DNA from: Candidatus Pacearchaeota archaeon
Lineage (GTDB): Archaea > Nanobdellota > Nanobdellia > Pacearchaeales > GW2011-AR1
Assembly: GCA_041648455.1 (NCBI GenBank)
Contig: JBAZOZ010000003.1
Coordinates: forward strand, 1-56,579
Direction of reading: 5' to 3'
DNA: 56,579 bases
In this document: in pieces, positions 44,233-51,659 of the stretch
How positions within the stretch are numbered: position 1 is the first letter of the stretch
Layout of the letters: each line of letters opens with the position of its first letter
Notes under the pieces: generated by a model
The model's input: only the letters and a program-made list of their open reading frames with translations
What the model was told of the DNA's origin: nothing
Database searches by the model: none
Program-made: the position numbers and the translations under genes

Positions 44233-44264
44233 CGAGACAGAAAATTTTCCTGATTTTCTGTATC
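44233..44264 (-). repeat. PE hairpin-1 copy in the rpl7ae leader (PE-d)
   Basis: GAGACAGAAAATTTTCCTGATTTTCTGTATC on the + strand, 23-54 nt upstream of the L7Ae ATG. Confidence 0.7.
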
Positions 44265-44380
44265 TTTAATTTTTCCTAAATTTAATGAATTAAACGAAGA
44301 ATAATATCCTCGCCTAAGCTCATTGGATAAAAAAGAATGATAAAATTAGTTTTTAAATGTTTGGATAAATTATTTATTCT

Positions 44381-45826
44381 CTAACTAATCTTTCTCAGAA
44401 AGTTAAAATGCTGTATTGTTTGCGGCTCATGCAATATATCATAAATTATTTTTTTTGCATATGTATTAATCCCAAATTTATATCCGAGGTGTGAAGAACT
44501 CAAAATATTTTTCCAGTTCCTCGGTTTAAGAGAATAAAAATCTTTATGCATATCAATAATCTTCATTTGTAATTCATAAGGTGAAAAATTTTTCGGTTCA
44601 ACTAAAACATGAAATCCGTCGTATAAATTATAATTGTTTGTTAAAATTCTTCCTTGTTGTTTCATTTCTGCAGTAAAATCCGTTCCTGGAAGAGGAACTG
44701 GCGCAAAAAGCTGCACGCTATCCAAATTTTCCCTGCACCAAATTAATGTTTCATCCAAACTTTCTTTAGTGTCTGTATCTTCACCAACAATCATCATTCC
44801 ATGAACCCAAATTCCAAATTTCCTAAATGCTTTTGCAGATTTATCATTTCTGTCGACTGTTGCAGCTTTTCCTATGAGCTTCAAAGTTTCTGGATTTGAA
44901 GATTCAAACCCAACGCACACTCCAAAACCACCCACCCTTTTATATAATTCAAGAAATTCTTCATCTATTTCTCTGCCATTAAATGCAGCATTAATGCTCA
45001 TCTGAGAAGAATAGTCCCGATTATTTAACCCCTCGTCAATTATCCTCTGCAATAATTCTTTTGTCTCTTGTTTTTTAGACGCAAAATTATCATCTCCAAA
45101 AAAAACCATTCTTTGTTTTTTCTGTCTTAATTCGTTCATCACAGAATCATTTGTTCTTCTTCTATATTCTCCCCCGCAAAATCGAGTTACAGAACAAAAA
45201 TCACATCCATAAGGACAACCCCTTGAAGTCGTCACAACATCAATAGTTTTTTGATTCAAGGAATAAACTGGAAATGGTAAATAAGATAATTTTTTTTCTG
45301 ATAACAACTCTCTATCCGGTTCATGAATTACATTTCCATTTATTTTATAACTCACACCCCTTGTGCCTTCAGGAGAACCTTTATTTTCTAGATTAAATAA
45401 TAGCTCCGGCAAAGTTTCATCACCTTCATAGTTAACAATAACATCTGCCCATTCCAAAGTTTCTTCAGGTAAAAAAGTTACGTGCGGTCCCCCAGCAATA
45501 ATAATTCCATTATGATTTGTTTTTTTATATTCAAAAGCAAGTTCCCGTGTTTGCGGAATTGTTCTTGTAATTGCCGATAATAAAAGATAATCTGAAGAAA
45601 CAATTCTTTCCAGATTTTTCCTAGTTAATTTGCTACCATTTCCATTCAAATTTGGATCAATAGATTGTATATCCTTATATTCGTGTTTTAAGAGAATAGC
45701 ATGAAGCAAGGGATTTGCTCTTGCCGGAAGATTGCATCTTGTATAAATATCACTGACTCTTTTTCCATCCAATTTACCGAACGATGTTGGAGGTAATTCT
45801 ATCAAAGTTACCCTAGGTTGCTTCAT
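44381..45826 (-). CDS. B12-binding-domain radical SAM protein, paralog 3
   Basis: IIIAGGPHVT B12-like domain followed by TSRGCPYGCDFC. Confidence 0.8.
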   Translation of the reverse strand: MKQPRVTLIELPPTSFGKLDGKRVSDIYTRCNLPARANPLLHAILLKHEYKDIQSIDPNLNGNGSKLTRKNLERIVSSDYLLLSAITRTIPQTRELAFEYKKTNHNGIIIAGGPHVTFLPEETLEWADVIVNYEGDETLPELLFNLENKGSPEGTRGVSYKINGNVIHEPDRELLSEKKLSYLPFPVYSLNQKTIDVVTTSRGCPYGCDFCSVTRFCGGEYRRRTNDSVMNELRQKKQRMVFFGDDNFASKKQETKELLQRIIDEGLNNRDYSSQMSINAAFNGREIDEEFLELYKRVGGFGVCVGFESSNPETLKLIGKAATVDRNDKSAKAFRKFGIWVHGMMIVGEDTDTKESLDETLIWCRENLDSVQLFAPVPLPGTDFTAEMKQQGRILTNNYNLYDGFHVLVEPKNFSPYELQMKIIDMHKDFYSLKPRNWKNILSSSHLGYKFGINTYAKKIIYDILHEPQTIQHFNFLRKIS

Positions 45827-45915
45827 AAGAATAATGAAAATTTGAAGTTTATAAAAATTTTTATATTATTGCAGACTATATAAAAAAATAAATATACCAT
45901 TTTAGTTCTAAATTA

Positions 45916-46203
45916 ATGTTAGATGAAAAGTTGTTGTATACTGAAATACTTCAAGCAATAAAAAAGCGGGGCGGAGAGAGGCTGCAAATTGTCGAAGGGC
46001 AAGAGGAAATTAATTTTTATCCAGAAGATTTAATCAGAAATTTAAATTCAGAAATCAAAAGATATGAACCAAGCATTAGAAATCTATTAGGAAAAATGGT
46101 TCAGCACGGAATTTTGAATAAAGGCGGAAGTCCTCTGCAATATTCTATAACAAAAAAATTCGAAAAAGAATATGAAAAATTCTGCAAGGGAGAGATTGTG
46201 TAA
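45916..46203 (+). CDS. Hypothetical small protein (possibly winged-helix)
   Basis: 95-aa ORF. Confidence 0.35.
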   Translation: MLDEKLLYTEILQAIKKRGGERLQIVEGQEEINFYPEDLIRNLNSEIKRYEPSIRNLLGKMVQHGILNKGGSPLQYSITKKFEKEYEKFCKGEIV

Positions 46204-46274
46204 AAAAACTTATCTCAATTTAATCTAGATTAATTGTGTATCCTCAAAAAGATAAATTGTTTTAAATCAAAAAA

Positions 46275-46790
46275 ATGTATAAATATATGGGAACTGAAAA
46301 GGGTTTAGAAGAACTTATTAGAGAGCAGGAAAAAATAAACCAAGCTATGAAAAAAAATTACTTAGGAAAACGTAAAGAATTAAACGAAGTTGTTGAAGGA
46401 GTTGTTACAAAAATCACACATTTAACATCACTTCATTATCTAAAAGAAATAGATAAAGGTGAAAGAAACGACTATTTTATTAAGGGGCAAAGAACGATTT
46501 TAAATATAACCCCCATAAATCCAGAACAAATAACCAAAGAGATAATATTTGATGCTGGCTGGATTCAACAGGCACCAATTGGAAGTAGAATTAGAGCGTA
46601 TGTTAATTTAGAAAACGAATTTAAAGATGAAGATGGTAAAATTTTCTATGCGAAAATGTCTCTAGGAGAAAGAATTAGTGCCTATCAATTAGAAATTATA
46701 CAGAATAATCAGTCTGTTATTATCTACAAATTTGATCGTGACGAAAAGAGAGATGAAGAAGAGATAAGAATCTTTGAATTACCTTCTTAA
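46275..46790 (+). CDS. Hypothetical protein
   Basis: 171-aa ORF, no motif recognised. Confidence 0.4.
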   Translation: MYKYMGTEKGLEELIREQEKINQAMKKNYLGKRKELNEVVEGVVTKITHLTSLHYLKEIDKGERNDYFIKGQRTILNITPINPEQITKEIIFDAGWIQQAPIGSRIRAYVNLENEFKDEDGKIFYAKMSLGERISAYQLEIIQNNQSVIIYKFDRDEKRDEEEIRIFELPS

Positions 46791-46793
46791 TTT

Positions 46794-48104
46794 TCATTTC
46801 CACCCAACAATCACGTCATCAGTTCTTTCCCTCGGCAAGATATCCACCTTATCAATCTCTTTTCCTTGAAATTTTATTCCTGCTAAGAACATAATTTCTC
46901 CGAGATAAGCAATCATCGCCCCATTATCAACAAGCAAATCCCGAGAAGGAACAAAAAACTTGCATCCTCTTTCCTCACACATAATTTTGCACATCTCCTG
47001 CAAACGAGAATTGCATGCAACCCCGCCACCCAAAAGTAATTCTTTTTTTCCAGTATGCGCCAGCGCTCTCTCGGCAGTTTCAACAAGCATTGCAAAAACA
47101 GTTTCTTGAAGAGAAAAAGCAAGATCTTCTATTGTGTAATTAACTTCAGAATTTTCTTTGCGTAATTTGTCTCGTTCATTTTCATTCACTCGAAATTTTT
47201 TTGAATTGTTAATATAATTTATCGGAACTTTATCATTATTATCAAAGCATCTAAAATTTTTATCCTTCTCATTTTTTTTAAGCGAAAAATCTAACGTAAT
47301 CGATTTTGAGTCAATAACATCACGAACTCCTTGAGTTCCTGGAGTTTGTGAGACAGAAAATTTCTTATTTTCCGTATCACGAGCATTTTGCGAGTGCAAT
47401 TTTTCAATCAATTGTTTCAATTTAGTCTGGATTCCAGAAAAAGCAACATCCATTCCCTTCACTTTGTAAGGAAGCTCTATATAACCAACGAAATCTTGAG
47501 TTCCCGATTTCGTGGCGCCAAAATTTTTCGCAGAAAAATTTTTAGCGTTTTTATCTGAATTTTCTGCTAATTTTTGTATTGCAGGACCTCCGGGAAAACC
47601 CAATCCAAAAAATCTCGCGATAGTATCAATGAAATTACCTACGCCAATATCTAAAGTTTCTCCAAAAACTCTGTACTTTCCCGACGCATATGCAATAACT
47701 TGCGTATTCGCTCCAGAACAATAAAGCAGAACAGGATCTTTCGCTCCAGTAATTTTTCCAATTTCCAAGTGAGCAACACAATGATTAACTCCAACTACTG
47801 GCTTACTTAATTTTTTAGAAAGTTCTTTTGCAAATTTCATTCCTTCAAGCAAACACGGAGCAAGTCCAGGACCTTGTGAAAAAGCAATCGCATCGATTTG
47901 TTTCTCGTAGATGTTTGCCTTTTCCAATGCCTCAAGATAAATTTTATCTGCAACTCCCCGATGATGTTTCGCACTTTCCGTAGGAATTATTCCTCCACTT
48001 TCTGTTGTATACATATCTCTAACATTCGCTAAAATCTTTTGATTGCTGACAATTCCAATTCCAAAAGTATGTGCTGTTGATTCTATTCCCAAAATAATTG
48101 ACAT
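46794..48104 (-). CDS. kae1: Kae1 (tRNA N6-adenosine threonylcarbamoyltransferase) with two internal insertions
   Basis: GVNHCVAHLE, FSQGPGL, GGGVACNSRL, DNGAMIA. 436 aa against roughly 330 aa for canonical Kae1. Confidence 0.9.
   Translation of the reverse strand: MSIILGIESTAHTFGIGIVSNQKILANVRDMYTTESGGIIPTESAKHHRGVADKIYLEALEKANIYEKQIDAIAFSQGPGLAPCLLEGMKFAKELSKKLSKPVVGVNHCVAHLEIGKITGAKDPVLLYCSGANTQVIAYASGKYRVFGETLDIGVGNFIDTIARFFGLGFPGGPAIQKLAENSDKNAKNFSAKNFGATKSGTQDFVGYIELPYKVKGMDVAFSGIQTKLKQLIEKLHSQNARDTENKKFSVSQTPGTQGVRDVIDSKSITLDFSLKKNEKDKNFRCFDNNDKVPINYINNSKKFRVNENERDKLRKENSEVNYTIEDLAFSLQETVFAMLVETAERALAHTGKKELLLGGGVACNSRLQEMCKIMCEERGCKFFVPSRDLLVDNGAMIAYLGEIMFLAGIKFQGKEIDKVDILPRERTDDVIVGWK
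47319..47378 (-). repeat. PE palindromic element, in-frame copy in Kae1 (PE-e)
   Basis: Encodes DTENKKFSVSQTPGTQGVRD (aa 243-262). 54 of 60 nt are identical to the copy at 49563-49622. Confidence 0.9.
47488..47567 (-). repeat. Degenerate second PE copy in Kae1 (PE-e2)
   Basis: ACGAAATCTTGAGTTCC...GCAGAAAAATTT...GAATTTTCTGC encodes KNFSAKNFGATKSGTQDFVG. Confidence 0.55.
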
Positions 48105-48155
48105 GAAATAATTAGAAAAAGTATTGTTATAAAATTATCTTTTCAAATAAAATCT

Positions 48156-48395
48156 CTATCTAAAAAAATCAAATATTTTATTCAAAAGAGTTTTTTTCTT
48201 TTCGCTATTATACCACTGAAGTTGATACTTTCCCTTATATGTTAATTTAACTTGAGAATCATAAATATTGCACAAACCCCAACGAACCAAGATTTCAAGA
48301 ATATATTTATCTTGGGAATCAATTATTTTTCGCTCTTGATATTTCTCCATAACTTCACAAAACCTCTTCGGTAACATAGAATTAATAAAAAACAA
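48156..48395 (-). CDS. Hypothetical small protein
   Basis: 79-aa ORF. Confidence 0.35.
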   Translation of the reverse strand: MFFINSMLPKRFCEVMEKYQERKIIDSQDKYILEILVRWGLCNIYDSQVKLTYKGKYQLQWYNSEKKKTLLNKIFDFFR

Positions 48396-48448
48396 GAATA
48401 TATAAAATTAATTAAAAAATAAAATAAAAAGTAAAAAACAACAAAAAA

Positions 48449-48589
48449 TTATTTTCTCTTCTTTTTCTTAGCTTTCTTCCTTTTTCCACCACGAGCCATT
48501 ACTGCTTCACAAACGTTTCCTTTACCATCAACATAATAAAGGCGCCCAGGTTTCCTCTTGACAACATTCTTAACAATAACTTTTCCCAT
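48449..48589 (-). CDS. Small very basic 46-aa protein (hypothetical nucleic-acid binder)
   Basis: MGKVIVKNVVKRKPGRLYYVDGKGNVCEAVMARGGKRKKAKKKKRK. Below the track cutoff. Confidence 0.4.
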   Translation of the reverse strand: MGKVIVKNVVKRKPGRLYYVDGKGNVCEAVMARGGKRKKAKKKKRK

Positions 48590-48829
48590 TTTGATTAAAT
48601 AGCAATCAATACCTCCTTTCAATTCTAATAGACTAACAACAATTCTCTTTTTAAATGTTTCGCGACAGCGACGAGAGATTTCATTTTGACTAATCTGAAA
48701 ATAAATAACAAAATGGGATCGCGAGCAGAGAGATTTTGTGGTATAGAGTAATTTTTTATTTATGTTAATTCTCGTGCAAAATCACGAGCAGAGAATACAC
48801 AATTTGAGAATTAGATTAATCAAAATCAA

Positions 48830-48953
48830 AAAAACAATGGGGCACCGCACCATAAATGGTGCGGTTTGTAAAGCCCCTTGTTTTTAGGATGCTCAGAAAT
48901 TAAAAGCAATAAGCTTACGACCCCATTATAAATAATGGGGTTTTAATTTCTGA
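48830..48953. ncRNA. Candidate structured RNA: two adjacent nested stem-loop domains (strand and class unknown)
   Basis: Domain 1: AAAAACAA.GGGGC/GCCCCTTGTTTTT encloses ACCGCACCA-TAAA-TGGTGCGGT. Domain 2: TCAGAAATTAAAA/TTTTAATTTCTGA (13 bp) encloses CCCCATTA-TAAA-TAATGGGG. Confidence 0.4.
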
Positions 48954-49020
48954 CATAAACAAACAGCAAATAATAGATAATCAATTCAATACAATTCAAA
49001 TTTATAAATTAACTATCTTC

Positions 49021-49090
49021 TTAACGGAAATTCATGACGAGCATTTGCATGAGACGAAATAATTTGTTAATCACGAATGCAAGTGCTAGG
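49021..49090 (+). repeat. SR-2 short repeat, copy iv
   Basis: TTAACGGAAATTCATGACGAGCATTTGCATGAGACGAAAT...AATCACGAATGC. Hairpin TCATG/CATGA sits at the equivalent position. Confidence 0.5.
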
Positions 49091-49110
49091 AGGAATCCGA
49101 ATTGAAGATA

Positions 49111-49236
49111 ATGTCAAGAACCCTCGGAATAAATTCCGGGGCGTGTCTCGGGGTTCTTGAACACCCCAAAAATTGTTTTTGCTTTCTCACGAGTTAAAAC
49201 AGGGAGTTTACGCAAAAAACAATTTTTGATGTATCA
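49111..49236 (-). repeat. 125-nt two-hairpin element, copy 5
   Basis: Full-length copy with 1 extra G, starting 11 nt after the DUF192 gene stop. Confidence 0.9.
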
Positions 49237-49247
49237 ATATGCGAACG

Positions 49248-49652
49248 TTAGCGAGCCAATATATTTATAATTTTTTTATATTTCTCATTAAATGGTATTT
49301 CAATTAATTTAACAAAACGTTTTTTTGGCCTTATGCACAATTTCCATGGCTTAATTTTCCTAATTTCTATAACTTTATTTTTATCGTCAAGCCAAACAGC
49401 AATAAACTCTTTACAAAAAAAAGAATGTATTGACGTTTTTGTTGGTTTTTTAAAAATAAAAACAAGAGCGTCAGTATCTTCTTTTCTAAACATCAATCCT
49501 CTAAATTTTTTCCATGGAGAATTGCATACTTCTGCTTCCAATTCAGTTTTTTTCCCTCGGAAATCACGAACTTCTTGTGTTCCTGAAGTTTGTGAGACAG
49601 AAAATTTCCTATTTTCTGTATTAAAAGAAATTCTTTGATTCGTTTTCACCAT
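49248..49652 (-). CDS. DUF192-family protein with PE-encoded N-terminal segment
   Basis: FRGLMFRKE...ALVFIF...IAVWLDDKNKVIEI is a DUF192-like core. aa 11-30, NTENRKFSVSQTSGTQEVRD, come from PE. Confidence 0.55.
   Translation of the reverse strand: MVKTNQRISFNTENRKFSVSQTSGTQEVRDFRGKKTELEAEVCNSPWKKFRGLMFRKEDTDALVFIFKKPTKTSIHSFFCKEFIAVWLDDKNKVIEIRKIKPWKLCIRPKKRFVKLIEIPFNEKYKKIINILAR
49563..49622 (-). repeat. PE palindromic element, best-preserved in-frame copy (PE-f)
   Basis: + strand: ATCACGAACTTCTTGTGTTCCTGAAGTTTGTGAGACAGAAAATTTCCTATTTTCTGTATT. Confidence 0.9.
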
Positions 49653-50019
49653 TTTTTTTATAGTTTAAATAAGTCTGGTACATTTTATTTACATTTCTAT
49701 CAGTAACATGATCGTGATGTTTGAATCCTCCGCCAAATGTAAAAGGAATGTGCATTAACTCGTGAATTATAACTTTCATTTTTTCCTCTTCGCTCATTTT
49801 ATCAAATCTTTCGTGAAGAAATTCAAGAACATAAACAGCTTTAATTCCCAGAGCTTTTTGCATTAATTTTCCAAGAGCGTGGCATCTCGCAATTGTTCCT
49901 CGCGAACTCGTTCCATAACTTCGAAAACATCTAACTCTCTGTATATTAACATGTGGAAACAAAACTTTAGAAATCTCGTCGGCTTTTTCTTGAAGATCAG
50001 ATGCAAATTCGTATTTCAT
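49621..50019 (-). CDS. Putative zinc metallopeptidase (HExxH)
   Basis: VIIHELMHIPFTFGGGFKHHDH. Confidence 0.5.
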   Translation of the reverse strand: MKYEFASDLQEKADEISKVLFPHVNIQRVRCFRSYGTSSRGTIARCHALGKLMQKALGIKAVYVLEFLHERFDKMSEEEKMKVIIHELMHIPFTFGGGFKHHDHVTDRNVNKMYQTYLNYKKNGENESKNFF

Positions 50020-50033
50020 TTTTTCTATTTTAA

Positions 50034-50258
50034 TTAATATATCTTAAAAATTTTAATATTTTTATCAGCTCCGGAAATTAATTCAAAATTTTTTGGGGGG
50101 ATTCCTAATTCGGTAGCAAGTATTTTCGGAATTTCTAAATTAATCTGATTGTGTTCATTAAGTTCAAGTCGCACTAAAAAACGATTATCTCCGAACGATT
50201 CAACTGAAGGTATTAAACTTCCAGGCTTCACCATAACTGTAATTTCTCGGCGATTCAT
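50034..50258 (-). CDS. DUF167 (YggU)-like small protein, divergent
   Basis: VMVKPGS...LVRLELNEHNQINLEIPKILATELGIP...LISGADKNIKIFKI follows the DUF167 pattern loosely. Confidence 0.35.
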   Translation of the reverse strand: MNRREITVMVKPGSLIPSVESFGDNRFLVRLELNEHNQINLEIPKILATELGIPPKNFELISGADKNIKIFKIY

Positions 50259-50319
50259 TTTATTTATATATCAATTTGGAGTATAAAAACTTAAATATTC
50301 ATTTGTATAACTAAATATC

Positions 50320-50505
50320 ATGAGGAGTTTAGAAAAATCCGCTGGACAAGATTTAGAAGAATTTAAAAAAATGATGGAAGAATTAAAACCATATCTTCCT
50401 CCACCGACAAGAATTATCGAACCGAAACCATTGAAATACATATGCAACGATAAGAGAAATACTCACTATCACATCAGAGAAAGAAATCCATTTCCAAATT
50501 TATAA
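50320..50505 (+). CDS. Hypothetical small protein
   Basis: 61-aa ORF, the only + strand ORF in a run of - strand genes. Confidence 0.25.
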   Translation: MRSLEKSAGQDLEEFKKMMEELKPYLPPPTRIIEPKPLKYICNDKRNTHYHIRERNPFPNL

Positions 50506-50510
50506 TAATT

Positions 50511-50729
50511 TTAATCAACAATCTCAATAATTTTATTCCTCGAGGTAAAACCAGATTTTATTTTAACTTCCGCCTTGAAATATTTTTTTAACAATTTTAA
50601 TAATTCTATATTTGCCTTGTTGTTTTCTGCAGGAGATTTTAAATAAACTAAATAAAAATTATCTTTTTTTTCTATTTCTTGTTTTCTAGAATTTGCTTTG
50701 ACCCTAATTTGAATTTTCATCTTTCCCAA
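50511..50729 (-). CDS. DUF167 (YggU) family protein
   Basis: IQIRVKANSRKQEI...YLKSPAENNKANIELLKLLKKYF...IKSGFTSRNKIIEI. Confidence 0.6.
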   Translation of the reverse strand: MGKMKIQIRVKANSRKQEIEKKDNFYLVYLKSPAENNKANIELLKLLKKYFKAEVKIKSGFTSRNKIIEIVD

Positions 50730-51181
50730 GGCTCTTTATACGGCCTTCCCAAAGCAGAATAAATTTCTCTCTCGGTTTTTCCTGCAATTCTTTTTCCGGT
50801 TTTTCTATTGAATAAACCATGATTATTTAATTTAAATCCTTTCATCTTTGCAATAATTCTCAAACCAATTCCAGAACCTTTTTTGCTCGAATATGCAAGC
50901 AATGCAGCACCCCATTCTTCTTCATTTGTATAATATAATTCAACTTTAATTCCATCAACATTCCAAGTAGATTCGTGTTCTCCTCCTTGCAAAAATTTTC
51001 CAAGTTTATTCATTTGTTCAATAATCTTATCCATCTTTTTTGGAATTAAAACTATGTCTATATCTTTTGGATTTTCTTTCTTTCTTCTAACGCTTCCAAC
51101 AACTTCAATTTTTTTGCAAGATGGTTTTAATTCTTTGGCTATTTTCTTAGATAAATTAATAACTCTCTCGCCCCTTTTCAT
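50717..51181 (-). CDS. Minimal family X DNA polymerase / nucleotidyltransferase (palm plus thumb only, about 154 aa)
   Basis: VVGSVRRKKENPKDIDIVLI (GS..RR...D.D), KVELYYT, GFKLNNHGLF, ALGRPYKEPWER. The ATG at 51181 lies 26 nt downstream of a TATA-like motif. Confidence 0.65.
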   Translation of the reverse strand: MKRGERVINLSKKIAKELKPSCKKIEVVGSVRRKKENPKDIDIVLIPKKMDKIIEQMNKLGKFLQGGEHESTWNVDGIKVELYYTNEEEWGAALLAYSSKKGSGIGLRIIAKMKGFKLNNHGLFNRKTGKRIAGKTEREIYSALGRPYKEPWER

Positions 51182-51202
51182 GAAGAGATAAATGAGAGTG
51201 AG

Positions 51203-51212
51203 ATTATAAATT
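51203..51212 (-). promoter_or_regulatory. TATA-box-like motif upstream of the mini Pol X gene
   Basis: AATTTATAAT (minus sense) is centred about 26 nt upstream of the ATG at 51181. Confidence 0.35.
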
Positions 51213-51230
51213 TTCACTTTGTGATTAGAA

Positions 51231-51579
51231 TTATATTAAAGAATTAACCATTAAATCATTTAACGATTTTACAGCTGTTTGAAGAGATTTTTTAGATTCA
51301 TTCATTAATCTTCCTGAAGAAATAGCTTTTGAAACAAGTTCATCGGGCAATTCTATAAATCCAATATACCTTTTGCCTTCTTCTTCAACACTAATCGATT
51401 TTTCTCCTTCTGCTAAAGCTTCTGGAGTATCAGAAAAGAAATCAACTCCCTCTTCGAGGTTTCTATATCCCTATCACTGCACTATTTGGAATATATAATC
51501 TTGTTTGATTCTGGGAGAATCCATGGACAAAATCCATTGTACCTTCACATACCTTAGTGATATATTTGTGAACTTTCAT
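51231..51579 (-). pseudogene. Frameshifted ORF (38 codons, then +1, then 79 codons)
   Basis: ATG 51579...TAG 51463 in frame a. Frame b is open from 51470 to the TAA at 51231 with no start codon of its own (GYRNLEEGVDFF...YIGFIELPDELV...). Confidence 0.35.
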
Positions 51580-51659
51580 AATTCTTAGTATTAAAACCAA
51601 TTTATAAATATTTAGATAATTTAAGTATATTTTTATCTCGTCACAATCTCAAACGCCGA

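Noticed and set aside
44233-44264. The PE hairpin in the rpl7ae leader as an L7Ae-binding K-turn (autoregulation)
   Set aside because: The hairpin is a perfect 9-bp A/U-rich stem with no 3-nt bulge and no tandem sheared G-A pairs, and the loop (CAGGAAA) does not resemble a K-loop.
47136-47396. The Kae1 insertion as an intein or a canonical BHB intron
   Set aside because: There are no intein blocks (no N-terminal Cys/Ser nucleophile context, no C-terminal HN plus Cys/Ser/Thr). The sequence is low-complexity N/K-rich and in frame. I see no two 3-nt bulges flanking a 4-bp helix at its borders. RNA-level removal is not formally excluded without transcript data.
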